Both the position numbers and the translations under genes were made by a program. Of a stretch of 64,000 bases of DNA, positions 41,601 through 57,771 are shown piece by piece (positions within the stretch are counted from its first letter, which is position 1; each line of letters starts with the position of its first letter). Below the pieces are notes generated by a model. That model saw nothing but the letters and a program-made list of their open reading frames with translations. It had not been told where the DNA came from and searched no databases. Source of the DNA: Eledone cirrhosa (lineage: Eukaryota); NCBI GenBank assembly GCA_964016885.1, contig OZ024747.1, positions 66,774,001 through 66,838,000 of the forward strand, given 5' to 3'.

Positions 41601-43094
41601 ATCACAAACTCTTACATATATATTTTGTCTAACTTTAAGGTAGCTGTAAAAGTTGAAAATTGAATAATAGGAAAGTGGACAACCTCATCTGTCAAACATA
41701 CAAGAATTTCATTGAAATCAGCATTGAGATGGAAAGGCAAAACCTCCGCCAAAAATGAAACATCTTGTCTTCAGAACTGGCAAAAATAAACATGAGCCGG
41801 GGTGAAGGATTTTGAAGAAAATAAACTTAAGTATCCCAAAAGAAAAAGAGCTCACAGCTCACAGCTCACAGGTCACAAAAACTAGCTGGTGGAGGACGGA
41901 ACAAATGAGAGAAACAAAATAACAAATTAGTTAAGTCACACAATGTGTTACGAAAGGGTTTTGACAATGAACAAATAAACAACTACTCCGTTATTAAACT
42001 AACCAACTGGATGTTTATAAGAAATTGAAGTGAAAACCAACAGGTGCGTGTATTTTATTGAAAGCATGATCCTCTCAAATTATAGCAATATCCGTTTCAA
42101 CACAGCTTTTTACATGAGAAATCTTGCACACAACCACCACACTCATTTACTGTGCTTTGTCATTAAATGAGCGCCATGTGGTCATTCGTTTGCTAGAAAT
42201 GGCGATGCCATATCCTTCAAATCTCAATTTACCCTAAATATTGTATCCACTTCAGGTTTTATTGTGCTTCCAAAACCACAACACTAAAATAAATGCCACC
42301 ACTAGCACCAATAATACTACTAATAATGATTTCTATAGGAACAAGGCCAATAATTATGGGAGAAGGGAAAAGTCGATTAAATTAAACCCTGTTCGTTACA
42401 GGTATTTTATTTTATTGACCTCGTTAAGATGAAAGACTAACACTACTAATATATAGCAATACGAAAAACAATAAGACATATGACAACAGCACACAGAACA
42501 TTCCCAGAATAACAGTCACATCACCCAGACCAACAGTGAACAATTATTAAAGCAAACATAACAATTACTAACTATACACCAAAGCAGAATCGATGTCACC
42601 ACCATCTATTAACATAAAAACAATAAGACCCGGCCCAGGTTCAACAACTGGAATAACATGCAATATTCTAACATCAGCAATAAAAACACGGACAACAAAA
42701 TTAACAACAGTAGCGCCGACAATAACAACAGCAACAATAATAACAACACAGTACCAACAACAATAATTAAAATAACAGCAACACCAACAATAACAGCAAC
42801 ATTATTGATGACAATAACATTCTTTTTTTAAATCTCTGCCTGCAAACAGATGAGGTAAAAACGAAATAAAAAAATATCTCGAAAAAACCAGATGAATGCT
42901 GGTTGACTTTGAATTAATATCCAATTCTGCTGATCTTGGGCTTTTTCATCGCTATAAAGTAATTATATACATACACACACGCATACACACACATACACAC
43001 ATTTATATATATATACGTATACACACAGAGTACATATATATATATATATTTATATCCGTGTATCTATCTATATATCTATGTATCTATATACAAT

Positions 43095-43260
<166 letters not shown>

Positions 43261-43329
43261 TATATATATGTATATATATATATATGTGTGTGTGTGTGTC
43301 TATATACATATATATACATATATACGCGT

Positions 43330-43408
<79 letters not shown>

Positions 43409-43610
43409 GGAACGAGTAGCACCCCGACGGCTGAGCTCAAGCCCTTTCAACGGCTAATACTGGACTAAATTTAGTCCAGAATTAGCCGTCGAAACGGCTT
43501 GAGCTCAGCCGTCGGGGTCCTACTCGTTCCTATTACCCACTCTACTACCCTAAGTATTGAGTACTTTGGTGCGTTATGGTCTCCTGGTTCCTTACCACAT
43601 TTCCTTCGTT
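43409..43610. mobile_element. Fold-back pLTR-like element, GGCTTGAGCTC family
   Basis: Arms 43409-43530 mirror around CTGGACTAAATTTAGTCCAG; the tail runs to (TA)n. Confidence 0.8.
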
Positions 43611-43823
43611 ATATATATATATATATGTTTTCCTGTGATTTTCATCGAAAACATTTGTGAATACATCTTCTCTTTTCATGATATTTGGATTACATTGAGT
43701 TCTTCATACGGATTGGACACTACCTTATATTTTGGTAGATTTATCTACACACACATATATATATATATATGTAAGTATGTATGTATACGTACATACATAT
43801 ATGTATACAGACGTACAGTAGCA

Positions 43824-43943
<120 letters not shown>

Positions 43944-44375
43944 TACATACAGGTACACATACATATATGTACGTATCAGTTTAGCGGACGCTTATTATAA
44001 CGCCCGCTTTGTTCGTTTGTAAACAAACTGAACAGCCTGAATTTATGCCGTACGGTGTTAAGGCAACCACGTCACCTTTTTGTTCAACACTGACACAGGA
44101 ACGAAGTACTAGTTTCAAGCTTGTTAGCTATCATCAGCACCGTATACCCTTCTGCCAGATGGTTGAACGTTCGAAAGTATATACTTTCCTTATGAAAATT
44201 AACGGCTGAGCAGCCTAATTTGCATATCGAGTGAGTTCGGCCAGGCGTACCGAGAACGATAAGTTGTAATAAAATGAAAACGAAATTTCATTTCTCACTC
44301 TTAGTACGGCACTTACTTAAATGTAAGTATGTATGTATACGTACATACATATATGTATACAGACGTATAGTAGCA

Positions 44376-44435
<60 letters not shown>

Positions 44436-44984
44436 TACATACAGGTACACATACATATATGTACACATACATATATACATACGCTTACACTTCCACTTAT
44501 TCTCTCTCACACACACACATACACACATAAAGACCAGTTCTAACACGAGATAACATCTATCCCCCACATTTACGTATAGACATATCTTGTCACTCTCACA
44601 CACACACACTCACATACTTACACCTTCATGCATTCTCCCACACGCTTAAACAGGCATGTACAAAAAAAAACCTTTTAAAGGGAGACTACTCTTTATCCAC
44701 CTCACCTTAACTCTTTGACATTAGAGATAGAACAGATACTCTATACCATTTCCTGTCAGCATGACTTGGCAAGCTATTTAGAACACTGGTTTAACCGCTT
44801 TACTTCCCTCCGAAGAAGAGATATTATCTCGAAAATTAAGGACATTTAAATAAATCTAAGGTAAAAGACTAATTGACAACAATATCTTTTGCATTTGCAT
44901 TCTTTATTGTATGTCCATACCTGCATTGTTTTGGCTTTATTATACATATACAAACGTTTATATATATATATATATATATATATA

Positions 44985-45365
44985 AAGAAGTTTTTAGATT
45001 TAATCGATAGACATTTTCCACCTCAACATATATATTGTAAAATACTCAATCGCCGCAATTCAGTAAAGATATCATATTCATATGGCCTGTCTATAAGATC
45101 AAAAATTACTGCAAAGAATGTACTCGACGTAAATCCAAGCTGCTCTTATATGATTAACGAAAACTGCCTCTCCAACGTAAACGTAATAAACGTAATATCC
45201 TTTGTGTATGAAGCAGAGATTACACACGACAGCACAGAAAATTATGAAGTTATCGAAACATACGTCGGTATGGGGCAAGATTGTTTAAACCACGTTTTTA
45301 CTCGTATCGCCACTCCTTCAGGAATACTGATATGAGAACCAGTACAGAAGTTTGGTATTAAAGCA
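44985..45365 (+). pseudogene. Decayed PLE linker/GIY-YIG fragment
   Basis: KKFLDLIDRHFPPQHIYCKILNR..VKISYS..VYEAEIT..YVGM aligns by eye with ORF 23872-25065. Confidence 0.8.
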
Positions 45366-45608
45366 GATAGGAGTCCTACATAAGATTACTTTGTGTTGGT
45401 ATTTTAGCGCCAAATTTGCATCGAGGGGTAATTGGTCAACAAATGGATTTTTGTATATCAATATTTACCTTCAGTGTATATATATGTGTATGTGTGAGGT
45501 CATAGTGTAAAACTTCACTATTTTTCTTTCGTAAGAAAGGCTGAAATATGTGTATCGAGCTTACCTCATCTTATTTAAGTAATACTACCATTGTTTTTGT
45601 TTTTATTG

Positions 45609-45715
<107 letters not shown>

Positions 45716-46043
45716 TAAATACCGAACCTTACTGATGACGGAAATCAAGGTCTTAGGATGCTTATAACCAAAATCGATAATTGACACAACTTACTGAGGT
45801 CGAAGGTTTTCTTCCTTTTTTCGTTTCTATAAACAGATCTGTTTAGAAAACTATAGGCCATTATACCATCTTGAAGTATGTACATTCATCTACATATTAT
45901 TTGTTCTGTATATGTGTATAAAATAGACATATAAAATTGATATATCCTGTTATATACCGTTTGAAATTGTTGTATGATTGAGGCTCTGATTTAATGTTCA
46001 TGAAGCTATGTACTGAGAATATATTTTATATGTATTAATTAAT

Positions 46044-46141
<98 letters not shown>

Positions 46142-46419
46142 TATATATATATCGCATATATATATATATATATATATTTATAAATCTGTATTTCATTACA
46201 TATATATCATTTTTCGAAATTTATGTCTTCTCAGAACTTTGGATCAGTCATTGAATATATCAATATATATAACAATAGTTATCGATATATCTCGTTATTG
46301 CTTCAATGTTATCCAATAAACACCCCTGTAAATCCCGTTCACTTTCAACACCTGCACTGCCAGGTATTTACATTTCACACTTACACGCTTGCAAATGATA
46401 AACTATTAAACATAATAAT

Positions 46420-46803
46420 TGTTTTTACTTTTAGCACAAGGCCAGCAAATTACCCAGTACATTACTGGTACTTTATTTTATCGACCCCGTAAGGATGAAA
46501 AGCAAAGTTAACCTCGACGGGATTTGAACTTAGATCGTAAAGGGATGTAACTATGCTGGAAAGCATGGCGTCCGACTCTCTACCGATACTGCCAATCCAC
46601 TTTAATAGTAGTAATAATTGTTTCTACTTTTGGCACAAGGCCAGCAATTACCCCAGTGCATTACTGGTACTTTATTTTTTCGACCACGTAAGGATGAAAG
46701 GCAAAGCTAACCTCGGTGGGATTTGAACTCAGAACATAGAGGGATGTAACTATATGCTGTAACTAAGCATGGTGTCTGACGCTCAACCGATTCTGCCAAT
46801 CAT
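46420..46803 (-). mobile_element. Two tandem Octopus-type tRNA-derived SINE copies (~200 bp period)
   Basis: Repeated GCACAAGGCCAGCAA..CTGGTACTTTATTT..TCGACC..AAGGATGAAA..GGGATTTGAACT (B box GTTCAAATCC on the minus strand). Confidence 0.75.
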
Positions 46804-46854
46804 CCCATAGCCAGTTAATGGAATGTTTCTGCGATATTAGATAATCCGAAAAGG

Positions 46855-47045
46855 CTCAAAACTGGTTCACATTAGGGATAACATACTTACACTCTCTAAA
46901 ACGATAGAAAAAAAACTGCAGACCGATTATTTGTTTGGCAACTATATATAAAAGATTATATCGATCTTTCCTGAAAGGATATACCATTTTCTTGACCAAA
47001 ACAACATCCTTCCTGTTGAGCAAAACGGGTGCAAAAAAACTCATG
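46855..47045 (+). pseudogene. Small decayed RLE-LINE RT fragment
   Basis: WFTLGITYL, NCRPIICLATIYK and FLDQNNILPVEQNGCKK across frameshifts. Confidence 0.6.
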
Positions 47046-47345
47046 TTTGTCTACAATAAAGCAAGAGGAATAAAAAGGCTCCTCTCTTTCTAATACCAAA
47101 TCCCCACTGCCAATAATACAAGTAGAAATGTTGACAGCAACAACGGAGAGAAAACTACAAGCAATTACAAAGACCCAAACAACAACATCAACAACAGCAA
47201 CAATAAAAATTCTCTATCTCCGTCTCATTCTCACTTTCTCTCTCCCCCTCTCTCTCACTCTATGTCTTTTTCGGGCTTTCTCTCTCTCTCTGTGCCTATT
47301 CCTCTCTCTCTATATATATATGTGTATGTTTGTGTGTTGTGTATG

Positions 47346-49005
<1,660 letters not shown>

Positions 49006-49639
49006 TACATTGTACATGAAACATTGTACATGAAATCATACATCATACATTGTACATGAAATCATTCCCTACCACACATTGTACTTATACTTATTTTATT
49101 TATATACTTATATATATATATGTGTGTGTGTAGGTGCGTGCGTGGGTTTATGTTGTATACGTACATGGGGGTATATAGTGTAAGTAGATGGTGACAGGTC
49201 TACTATATATGGTTTGTATATAATATATATTGTTGTTGTTGTATTCATATTTTGGTGTATATGGTACAGACAGATTTTGACGTCAAATGTTTTGGTTAAA
49301 AAATGTGTGTTATATACAGAAAATTGTTTTATCTGATTATTCTTTTAGTCTTAAACATTTTTTTCACGTTAATTTCACCGAGACTTCATCAGCGGGTAAT
49401 TTCTAATTGGAATACGAGAGAGCATTTTTTCCCCATTCTTATTCTACAAAACCATTATTGTTACACACTCATGTTCGCAGCTGCAGGTTGAAAGTCAAAA
49501 TAGAATTACTTCTCACAAGTATCTCATCTCTTATCTCTCTCAATATCCGATTGTTAAATATCTAACTCACAGCTGTTGTCGTTCGCTAGTCAGAATGAGT
49601 CTCTAGATATGAATCTTCTAACTGCATAATATTATGATT

Positions 49640-51020
<1,381 letters not shown>

Positions 51021-51966
51021 ATAATTCAAGATGTATCTCGCCTGCAGTCTATCGCTTGAGATCGTCCACATGCAGGAGGCACCCTTCCGGAAGATGCCAA
51101 CTTCAAGAGGAATTGCACGCCAGGCAATGAATAGCCACTTTCCAATGAATAATCTATCAATATGTAATGCCTCCTCTGTAAGGAAATGTCCGTCAGTCTA
51201 TATCTCTTCGCAAAGAATAGTATATCAGTCCAAAGATCTTGGTCATCTCTCTTTCTCTATTTCTTTCTCTCACTTTCCCACTCACTTCGCCCTCTCTTCC
51301 CGTTTCACTATCAAAGCCCCATCCCCCCTCTCTCTCTCCCTTTCTCTCTTTCTCTTTCTTTCTCTCACACATTCGCTGATTATCACGTGATATTAAAATG
51401 ATTATATTTGTAAGCCGATGTACATCTTCATGGAGAAGGTGGTTTATTTCGCTGAAATAAAAAGTCTTGCCTGAAGCAATAAACAAACGGATTATAACTA
51501 ACCAATAGATTTCTAAATACCAAGATGGTGATTGTTAGTTAGGCATTCAGCATATTTATTGATCTAAAAAGCAGTGATTTTTGTTTGATATCGTTCAGGA
51601 TTTCCTTGAAGAATAAGTAATTAAAATTCTATTTTAGGTTTGGTATTTACATTATCCTACTAAACTTGGAAAAGCGGTGATTTAACAGAGTCGTTTGAGC
51701 GTCAGTTTGAACGTCTTGCGTTACTTGTTTTGGTTTTCTTCATTGTGAATGAAATTGGGTTGACGGAAACAACCTGGAAATCCATTTCAAATATCTAGTC
51801 TTGTCGCACATTCTGGCTCACTCATTCTGAGAATTACATTGAAACCACGCGGCATGTCTGTCTAATATTAAACCACCTTCACGTTAACTTTACGAGTACG
51901 CTATATCACCGATTGCATGCGTCAAATAATAATCTCAGGTATTAATGAGTGAAGATATATATATAT

Positions 51967-52028
<62 letters not shown>

Positions 52029-52192
52029 CGAAAGAAATGTGGTAAGGAACCAGATGGACCATAACGCACCAAAGTACTCAATACTTAGGGTAGTAGAGTG
52101 GGTAATAGGAACCAGTAGGACCCCGACGGCTGACCTCAAGCCGTTTCGACGGCTAAAACGGGTTGAGCTCAGCCGTCGGGGTCCTACTGGTT

Positions 52193-52243
<51 letters not shown>

Positions 52244-52663
52244 TTATGGTAAACATTGATGTAATTCCATCAAGCACTCAACGTACTTTTTCCTCATAGG
52301 AACGACGGAATATGTTTAGAATAATGAAATACAAAATAGTTTCAGATGTTAAAGTTCTTTATTGATAAGGCCGTGATACATTTTTCGATGACGACAGTGT
52401 TCACGCGATTCCCTGTCCCAGTGTCATGATCTCATTAGACACCTTCTTACATAATAAGGTTACGTTCTCGGGGCGATCCAAATTGAAGCGATAAGGGAAC
52501 GGACAAGAATGATGTTCTTCAAGCAAACGCCCGTTCCCGACAAGTTAGTTTTCTTGACTGTGTATTGTAAATTCGAAATTACAATGCACACACATACATA
52601 CACACACACACGCACATACACTCACACGCGCGCCCACACACATACACACATACACACACACAC

Positions 52664-52734
<71 letters not shown>

Positions 52735-52788
52735 ATGAATATATATATATATTCAATATGAATTTTAAATGAAGAGAGATTGTACATA

Positions 52789-52930
52789 GGCGTTGAATTG
52801 GCAGAGTGGTTGGATAGAATGCTTTGAGGTATTCATTTCGGCTCTCTGCTCTCTAAGTTCAAATCCCACCAGGGTCAATTTTACTATCCTTTCGAGGTCG
52901 ATAAAAAGTTAAATCTCGTACTGGGCTCCA
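52789..52930 (+). mobile_element. Octopus-type tRNA-derived SINE, decayed (other decayed copies at ~33240-33520, ~42340-42435 and ~61190-61350, minus strand)
   Basis: A box TGGCAGAGTGG, B box GTTCAAATCC, then ATCCTTTCGAGGTCGATAAAA. Confidence 0.7.
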
Positions 52931-53552
52931 TTCTTCCTCTATATTTCGTTCTCACATCCACTTTCTCACTTGTTATCCTTCGCTGAAAGAAATCTACTGT
53001 ACTCAGTCCTGGAGAGGGATGTACTCCGCCAGGCTTAAAATGCCCAAGAAACGCCGTCTGTCAATATGGCGCCTCTACAACTCCACCGGGAGTTATGTGA
53101 TCTAAAAAGGAAAAAAATAAAAGATTAAACATAAGATTTTCCCTTAGGTCATTTTAGTAATTCTAATTCCTATTTTTCTATAGATAAATAATTCGGAAGT
53201 AAAAATGGCCAGAATTCATTTCAATCGATTGTAAAGTGTTTTGGTGAGGATTCCTCCCGAGTTTAAATAAATTGGACATGAATTATCCTTGGGGCAATGA
53301 TTTAGTACTGGGTTTTTTCTATGTTATAACTTGAAGACAATTTTATGGAACGACAGGTAGTACTCAGTTTAATAAATGTAGCGGCACTACAGTTATATGC
53401 ACACATTTCAGATACTATAGTAATATACACACATACATGTACACATACACATACACTCACACATACTCACACATACACATACACACACTCACAGACTGTG
53501 GATGCTGAAGTAATACACACATACACTGTAGATACTACATTAATACAGGCAA

Positions 53553-53611
<59 letters not shown>

Positions 53612-54063
53612 CACACTGTATATACTGCAGTAATACACATGTTCATTGTGGTTATTGGAGTAATACAGGTAAACACTCATATACTGTAGTTACTAGCATA
53701 GAAGACACACACGCACACTATGGATATTATAATGGTACACACATACACACTGTGAATACTACAGCAATACACGCACATTATTTGTGACAATACAGTAATG
53801 CACCCACACACACACACTGTTGAGACTATGCTGCACACACACTGTTTACTTTGGTGAAACCGAATGGGTTTCTGGATTTAATTAGAATTCTTCAATTACA
53901 ATAAACGTCTCACGATATTTGGCCAACAGTCATGTGTTAGGGAGAGGGGGAGCAAAGAGGGGGAAGGGGAGAGAAAGGGAGAGAGAGGGACAGAGGGGGG
54001 AGGGGAGAAAGGGAAAGGGAGAGCTAACTAGCTAGGTAAATAGACAGGTAGATAGATAAATAA

Positions 54064-54103
<40 letters not shown>

Positions 54104-54334
54104 ATTTCTATTTATTTGCCACGAGGGCACAAAAGAAGGGGACATTTACACAGTGGGGGAGTTTACATAAATCGAGTAAAGAAAAAAGGAATAACAATAA
54201 TAATATAACAATAAAAAGTCCTCAAAAGGGAGGGGGCGTGTTGGGGATTGCACATACCCCCGAAAAGTGTGCAACTCTTTTCGCGGGGGAAGCCCAGAGA
54301 GGAGGCGCTCCCCCTTTCCTCTTCACTTCTTCAC

Positions 54335-57300
54335 CTACAGAACAATGTAGAGAGAAGGCCCATTTACACGGGCCATTCTCGCTTCTTTCACCCACCTTTC
54401 ATAAAACTGTCTGGGACCAAGCACTTCTCTCTCCATCCTGATTCTTCTTCCGAAGTGGTATCGGAAGAAGTAAACCAGGTGATGGCCGGAGAGAAAGTCA
54501 CCCGACCTCAGACCTTTCAGGCGCGTCCACCACACAACCTCTTTCATCATGGCTATTACGCACAGAAAGACCGCCTCTGCTTCATTTCTGAAGGGAGGAG
54601 GCGGCTTGATGTTCACCACAGACTCGGCGGTTAATCGAATCGGCGCCACACGCGACAGCAGTCGTTCGACATAGCCCCACAGATCGGCAACGCCCGGGCA
54701 GTGTATCAGTGCATGCGCAACGGTTTCCTCGTCGCGCACGCATCTGGGACAGATCTTTTTCGCGGGATCCCTGCCCGGGCGCCCGTGTCTGTAGAGCTTT
54801 TCTCGAACGGGCAGAGCCCCCCGGTAACACTGCCAGGCTAGGGACCTCTGGAAGTTGTCCATGGGTCCCGGGCCGAAAGTTCTACCGAACAGGCTGGCCA
54901 GTTCGTCCTCCTCCATGCCTAGCGACTCTCCAAGGGTGTCGTCGCCCCTGCTAGCCACCAACCCTCTATAGAATGTCGAGGTGGATTCTCCACTGACAGT
55001 CGGGTCCGCTTGCCAGATAGCCGTGAGCGCCTGGGCACACTCAGTGTGCCAGTTGCCCAGTTTTCTCGGTCTTTGCTTCACCCAGGATTGCAGTTCGGTG
55101 AGCGAGACGAGCTGTGGGAAGGCTCGCCTCACAAACGGGGCCCACACCGGCTGACCGTTGAGGAATACCTGTAGATGCCGTAGCCTCAATGCGTGCCTAC
55201 GCATCAACAGCCACGGCATACCCAGCCCTCCTTTCGAAGGGTGCTGGCAGCAGATGGATCTCCTCACCATGGGAGGCCGCTTCTTCCAGAGGAACTGGAA
55301 GAGCATGCGTTCCATGATGGTGAGCTTTTCCTTGGGGCAAGGCACGACGGTCAGGCGGTAGTAGATGACGGACGCTATGTAAGCGTTCGTCACCTCCGCC
55401 CGACCTTTCAGTGATAGTTTGCACTTGGCCCACTTCTGGGTCAGCGCAAACACCCTGCTCGTCACCTCGCCCCAATTCTTCTCCACCTGGAGGTCCGGTC
55501 CGAACCAGACCCCGAGCAGCTTCACCGGGCCCTCCGTCCACCGCCCGACGACACCGTCTAACGGCATCGGTTTGCCCCTCCACGTTCCGAGTTGCAAACC
55601 GGCTGACTTGTCCTGGTTCAGCTTAGCCCCCGTCAGCCTTTCGTATTCCTCCAGTAGGGTGGCGATCGCCCCGATTTCCGAGGCGTCCGCCACCATTACT
55701 GTTACGTCGTCGGCATAGGCCGAGACCGCTTTGTGCAATCCCGGTTCCAGGGGTATGCCCCGCAGCAACTCCAACTTCCGCAGCAGTGGCTCGAGAGTCA
55801 ATACGTACAGAAGGGAGGAGAGGGGGCACCCCTGTCTGATGGATCGGGTGATTTGAAACGGCTCCGAGAGGTAGCCGTTTACTTTAATCCTAGAGTAGAT
55901 GTTGCCACTGTGCATGGCAGAAATCCAGCCCCTGAAAACGGGTCCGAAGCCCGCCGCCGCTAGCACCGCATCCAGGTAACCATGGTCGACCCTATCGAAC
56001 GCCTTAGATTGATCCAAGTTGATCAGGGCCCCACCAAAGCCGGGTTCGTAGCCAACCCTCTCTATGATGTATCGCATGAGGTGGAGGTTGTCGTGAATGG
56101 ACCTGGACGGGATAGCGCATGTCTGCGCGTCTCCCACCAAACCATCCACCACAAGCGCCAACCTCTTCGCCAACACCTTGGCCAAAATCTGTAACTCTGC
56201 ATTCAGCAGAGTTATGGGCCTAAAGTTACTTAAGTCGTCCCCCTTGCTCTCGTCCTTCCTCACTAGCGTGACCACGCCCTTGGTCACAGAACAGGGAATT
56301 CTCCCGTTCTGTTGCCAGTTGCAATAGACAGCCTCGAGGAGTTCGGAGAACAAGACCGGCATAGCTAAATAAAGTTCGTATGGTAGACCATCGAGACCCG
56401 GGGATTTGCGTCTGCTGCATTGGCTGAGCGCTTCCCCGATTTCAGTGGCTGTGATTGGCCCTTCGCAGCACTCCGCTTCGCCGCTCGAAAGACGCGGTAG
56501 ACCGTCGAGGTATGGACCGAAGTCCACATCCCCGTCCGGCCCCCCGCCACCTCCGAACAGTCGAGCAAAGTGCCTTTGAAAGGTCTCGCACATTCGCTCA
56601 GGTTCAAGGATCACCCGTCCATCCTGGTCTCGCAAAGACCGAATGGTGGATTTAATCCCACTCTTGGCTTCTGTCACGCGGGCCCAGCTAACAGCTTTGG
56701 TCCCCTCGTTTCCTAAAGCACGTATTTTACTTCGGACAACGCAGCCTTCGTGCTTCGCGTCAAAGAACTGGCTCAATGCCGTTCTCGTCGCTAACACTCT
56801 GGCTACGTCTCCGCTCCTAATCGCCTCTTCTAGTTTATCTGTTAACTCCCTTTCCCTCCTATTTCTATTCGCCGCTAGTTCCTTACTGTAACCTATCGAA
56901 CTTACTCTAATCTCTCTCTTTAGAGATATCCACCACCTACTGTTGACGATCGCTCCCGTCAACCGCATCTTAACTAAGCTACTAATCCGGTTTCTGTAAT
57001 CTTTCTTTGTCGGTAAGGACAAGTTCATCTTCCAGTAACCGGGACCCTGTCTATGCGTTCTATCAAGGTTGACCACGCAGGTCACTAATTTGTGATCTGA
57101 ATAGCCAACCATGATCAGTTCTGGACAACTAAATACGTCCCTATCCTTACTCCTAACCAAAAACCTATCTAGGTACGATCTAGATTGTCCACTGCGGTTT
57201 GCCCAGGTCCAGGTTGGCGCAGTTGGACAATCTAGTCGAAATCTATCGACCAGGTCGAATCGATCGAGTAACCCCTTGAGGCTGCTACACCCCCCTCTAT

Positions 57301-57766
57301 CGGGACATGCCCCTGCATAGTCCCAACGCGCATCTAGGATTCCATTCCAGTCCCCCACTAAAAGCAGGGAGCGCGACGTTCCTAGAAAAGTCTCCAGACG
57401 TTGGAAGAAGTCGGCTCTCTCCGCCCCGAAGGGAGCATAAAGACCGACCAGTCTGAAAGCCCCGCCTTCACCACCTCCGACGTCCAGCACCAGTAATCGA
57501 CCCCCCGGGTCCGAGTGAACAATCTGTACGTCGAGAGTCAGACGTTTATCCAGCAGTACGGCAACTCCCCCCCCCCCGCCTCCGGGTTGACAGAGAGATG
57601 CGTGCATCTCAAAGTCATCGAAGGCGGGCGCCAGCTGTCTCACGCTGCTGATCCGACTCTCGCAAACAACCATCACATCTATACTTTGTGACCTGAGGTC
57701 ACTTAGAAGCTTTGCTTGCTTCCAAGCTGAGCTCAGGCCACGCGCGTTCAAACAGCCAACTCTCAA
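54335..57766 (-). CDS. Tx1-like ORF2: APE endonuclease + reverse transcriptase + C-terminal zinc finger (1143 codons, uninterrupted)
   Basis: LNARGL, GDWN, SYLDRF, SDH; SPGLDGL, NFRPITLLN, LDQSKAFDRV, RQGCPLS, YADD; CPRC..EETVAHALIHC. The start codon in the track is TTG, not ATG. Confidence 0.95.
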   Translation of the reverse strand: MRVGCLNARGLSSAWKQAKLLSDLRSQSIDVMVVCESRISSVRQLAPAFDDFEMHASLCQPGGGGGGVAVLLDKRLTLDVQIVHSDPGGRLLVLDVGGGEGGAFRLVGLYAPFGAERADFFQRLETFLGTSRSLLLVGDWNGILDARWDYAGACPDRGGCSSLKGLLDRFDLVDRFRLDCPTAPTWTWANRSGQSRSYLDRFLVRSKDRDVFSCPELIMVGYSDHKLVTCVVNLDRTHRQGPGYWKMNLSLPTKKDYRNRISSLVKMRLTGAIVNSRWWISLKREIRVSSIGYSKELAANRNRRERELTDKLEEAIRSGDVARVLATRTALSQFFDAKHEGCVVRSKIRALGNEGTKAVSWARVTEAKSGIKSTIRSLRDQDGRVILEPERMCETFQRHFARLFGGGGGPDGDVDFGPYLDGLPRLSSGEAECCEGPITATEIGEALSQCSRRKSPGLDGLPYELYLAMPVLFSELLEAVYCNWQQNGRIPCSVTKGVVTLVRKDESKGDDLSNFRPITLLNAELQILAKVLAKRLALVVDGLVGDAQTCAIPSRSIHDNLHLMRYIIERVGYEPGFGGALINLDQSKAFDRVDHGYLDAVLAAAGFGPVFRGWISAMHSGNIYSRIKVNGYLSEPFQITRSIRQGCPLSSLLYVLTLEPLLRKLELLRGIPLEPGLHKAVSAYADDVTVMVADASEIGAIATLLEEYERLTGAKLNQDKSAGLQLGTWRGKPMPLDGVVGRWTEGPVKLLGVWFGPDLQVEKNWGEVTSRVFALTQKWAKCKLSLKGRAEVTNAYIASVIYYRLTVVPCPKEKLTIMERMLFQFLWKKRPPMVRRSICCQHPSKGGLGMPWLLMRRHALRLRHLQVFLNGQPVWAPFVRRAFPQLVSLTELQSWVKQRPRKLGNWHTECAQALTAIWQADPTVSGESTSTFYRGLVASRGDDTLGESLGMEEDELASLFGRTFGPGPMDNFQRSLAWQCYRGALPVREKLYRHGRPGRDPAKKICPRCVRDEETVAHALIHCPGVADLWGYVERLLSRVAPIRLTAESVVNIKPPPPFRNEAEAVFLCVIAMMKEVVWWTRLKGLRSGDFLSGHHLVYFFRYHFGRRIRMEREVLGPRQFYERWVKEARMARVNGPSLYIVL

Positions 57767-57771
57767 TTGAT

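Noticed and set aside
49360-49395. CTGATGA..GAAA on the minus strand
   Set aside because: Stems I-III do not pair convincingly; at best a decayed HHR.
52789-52875. tRNA gene suggested by A and B boxes
   Set aside because: No cloverleaf; it is the head of a decayed SINE.
54238-57320. Plus-strand ORFs overlapping Tx1 ORF2
   Set aside because: Short antisense shadows of a GC-rich coding region, with no motifs.
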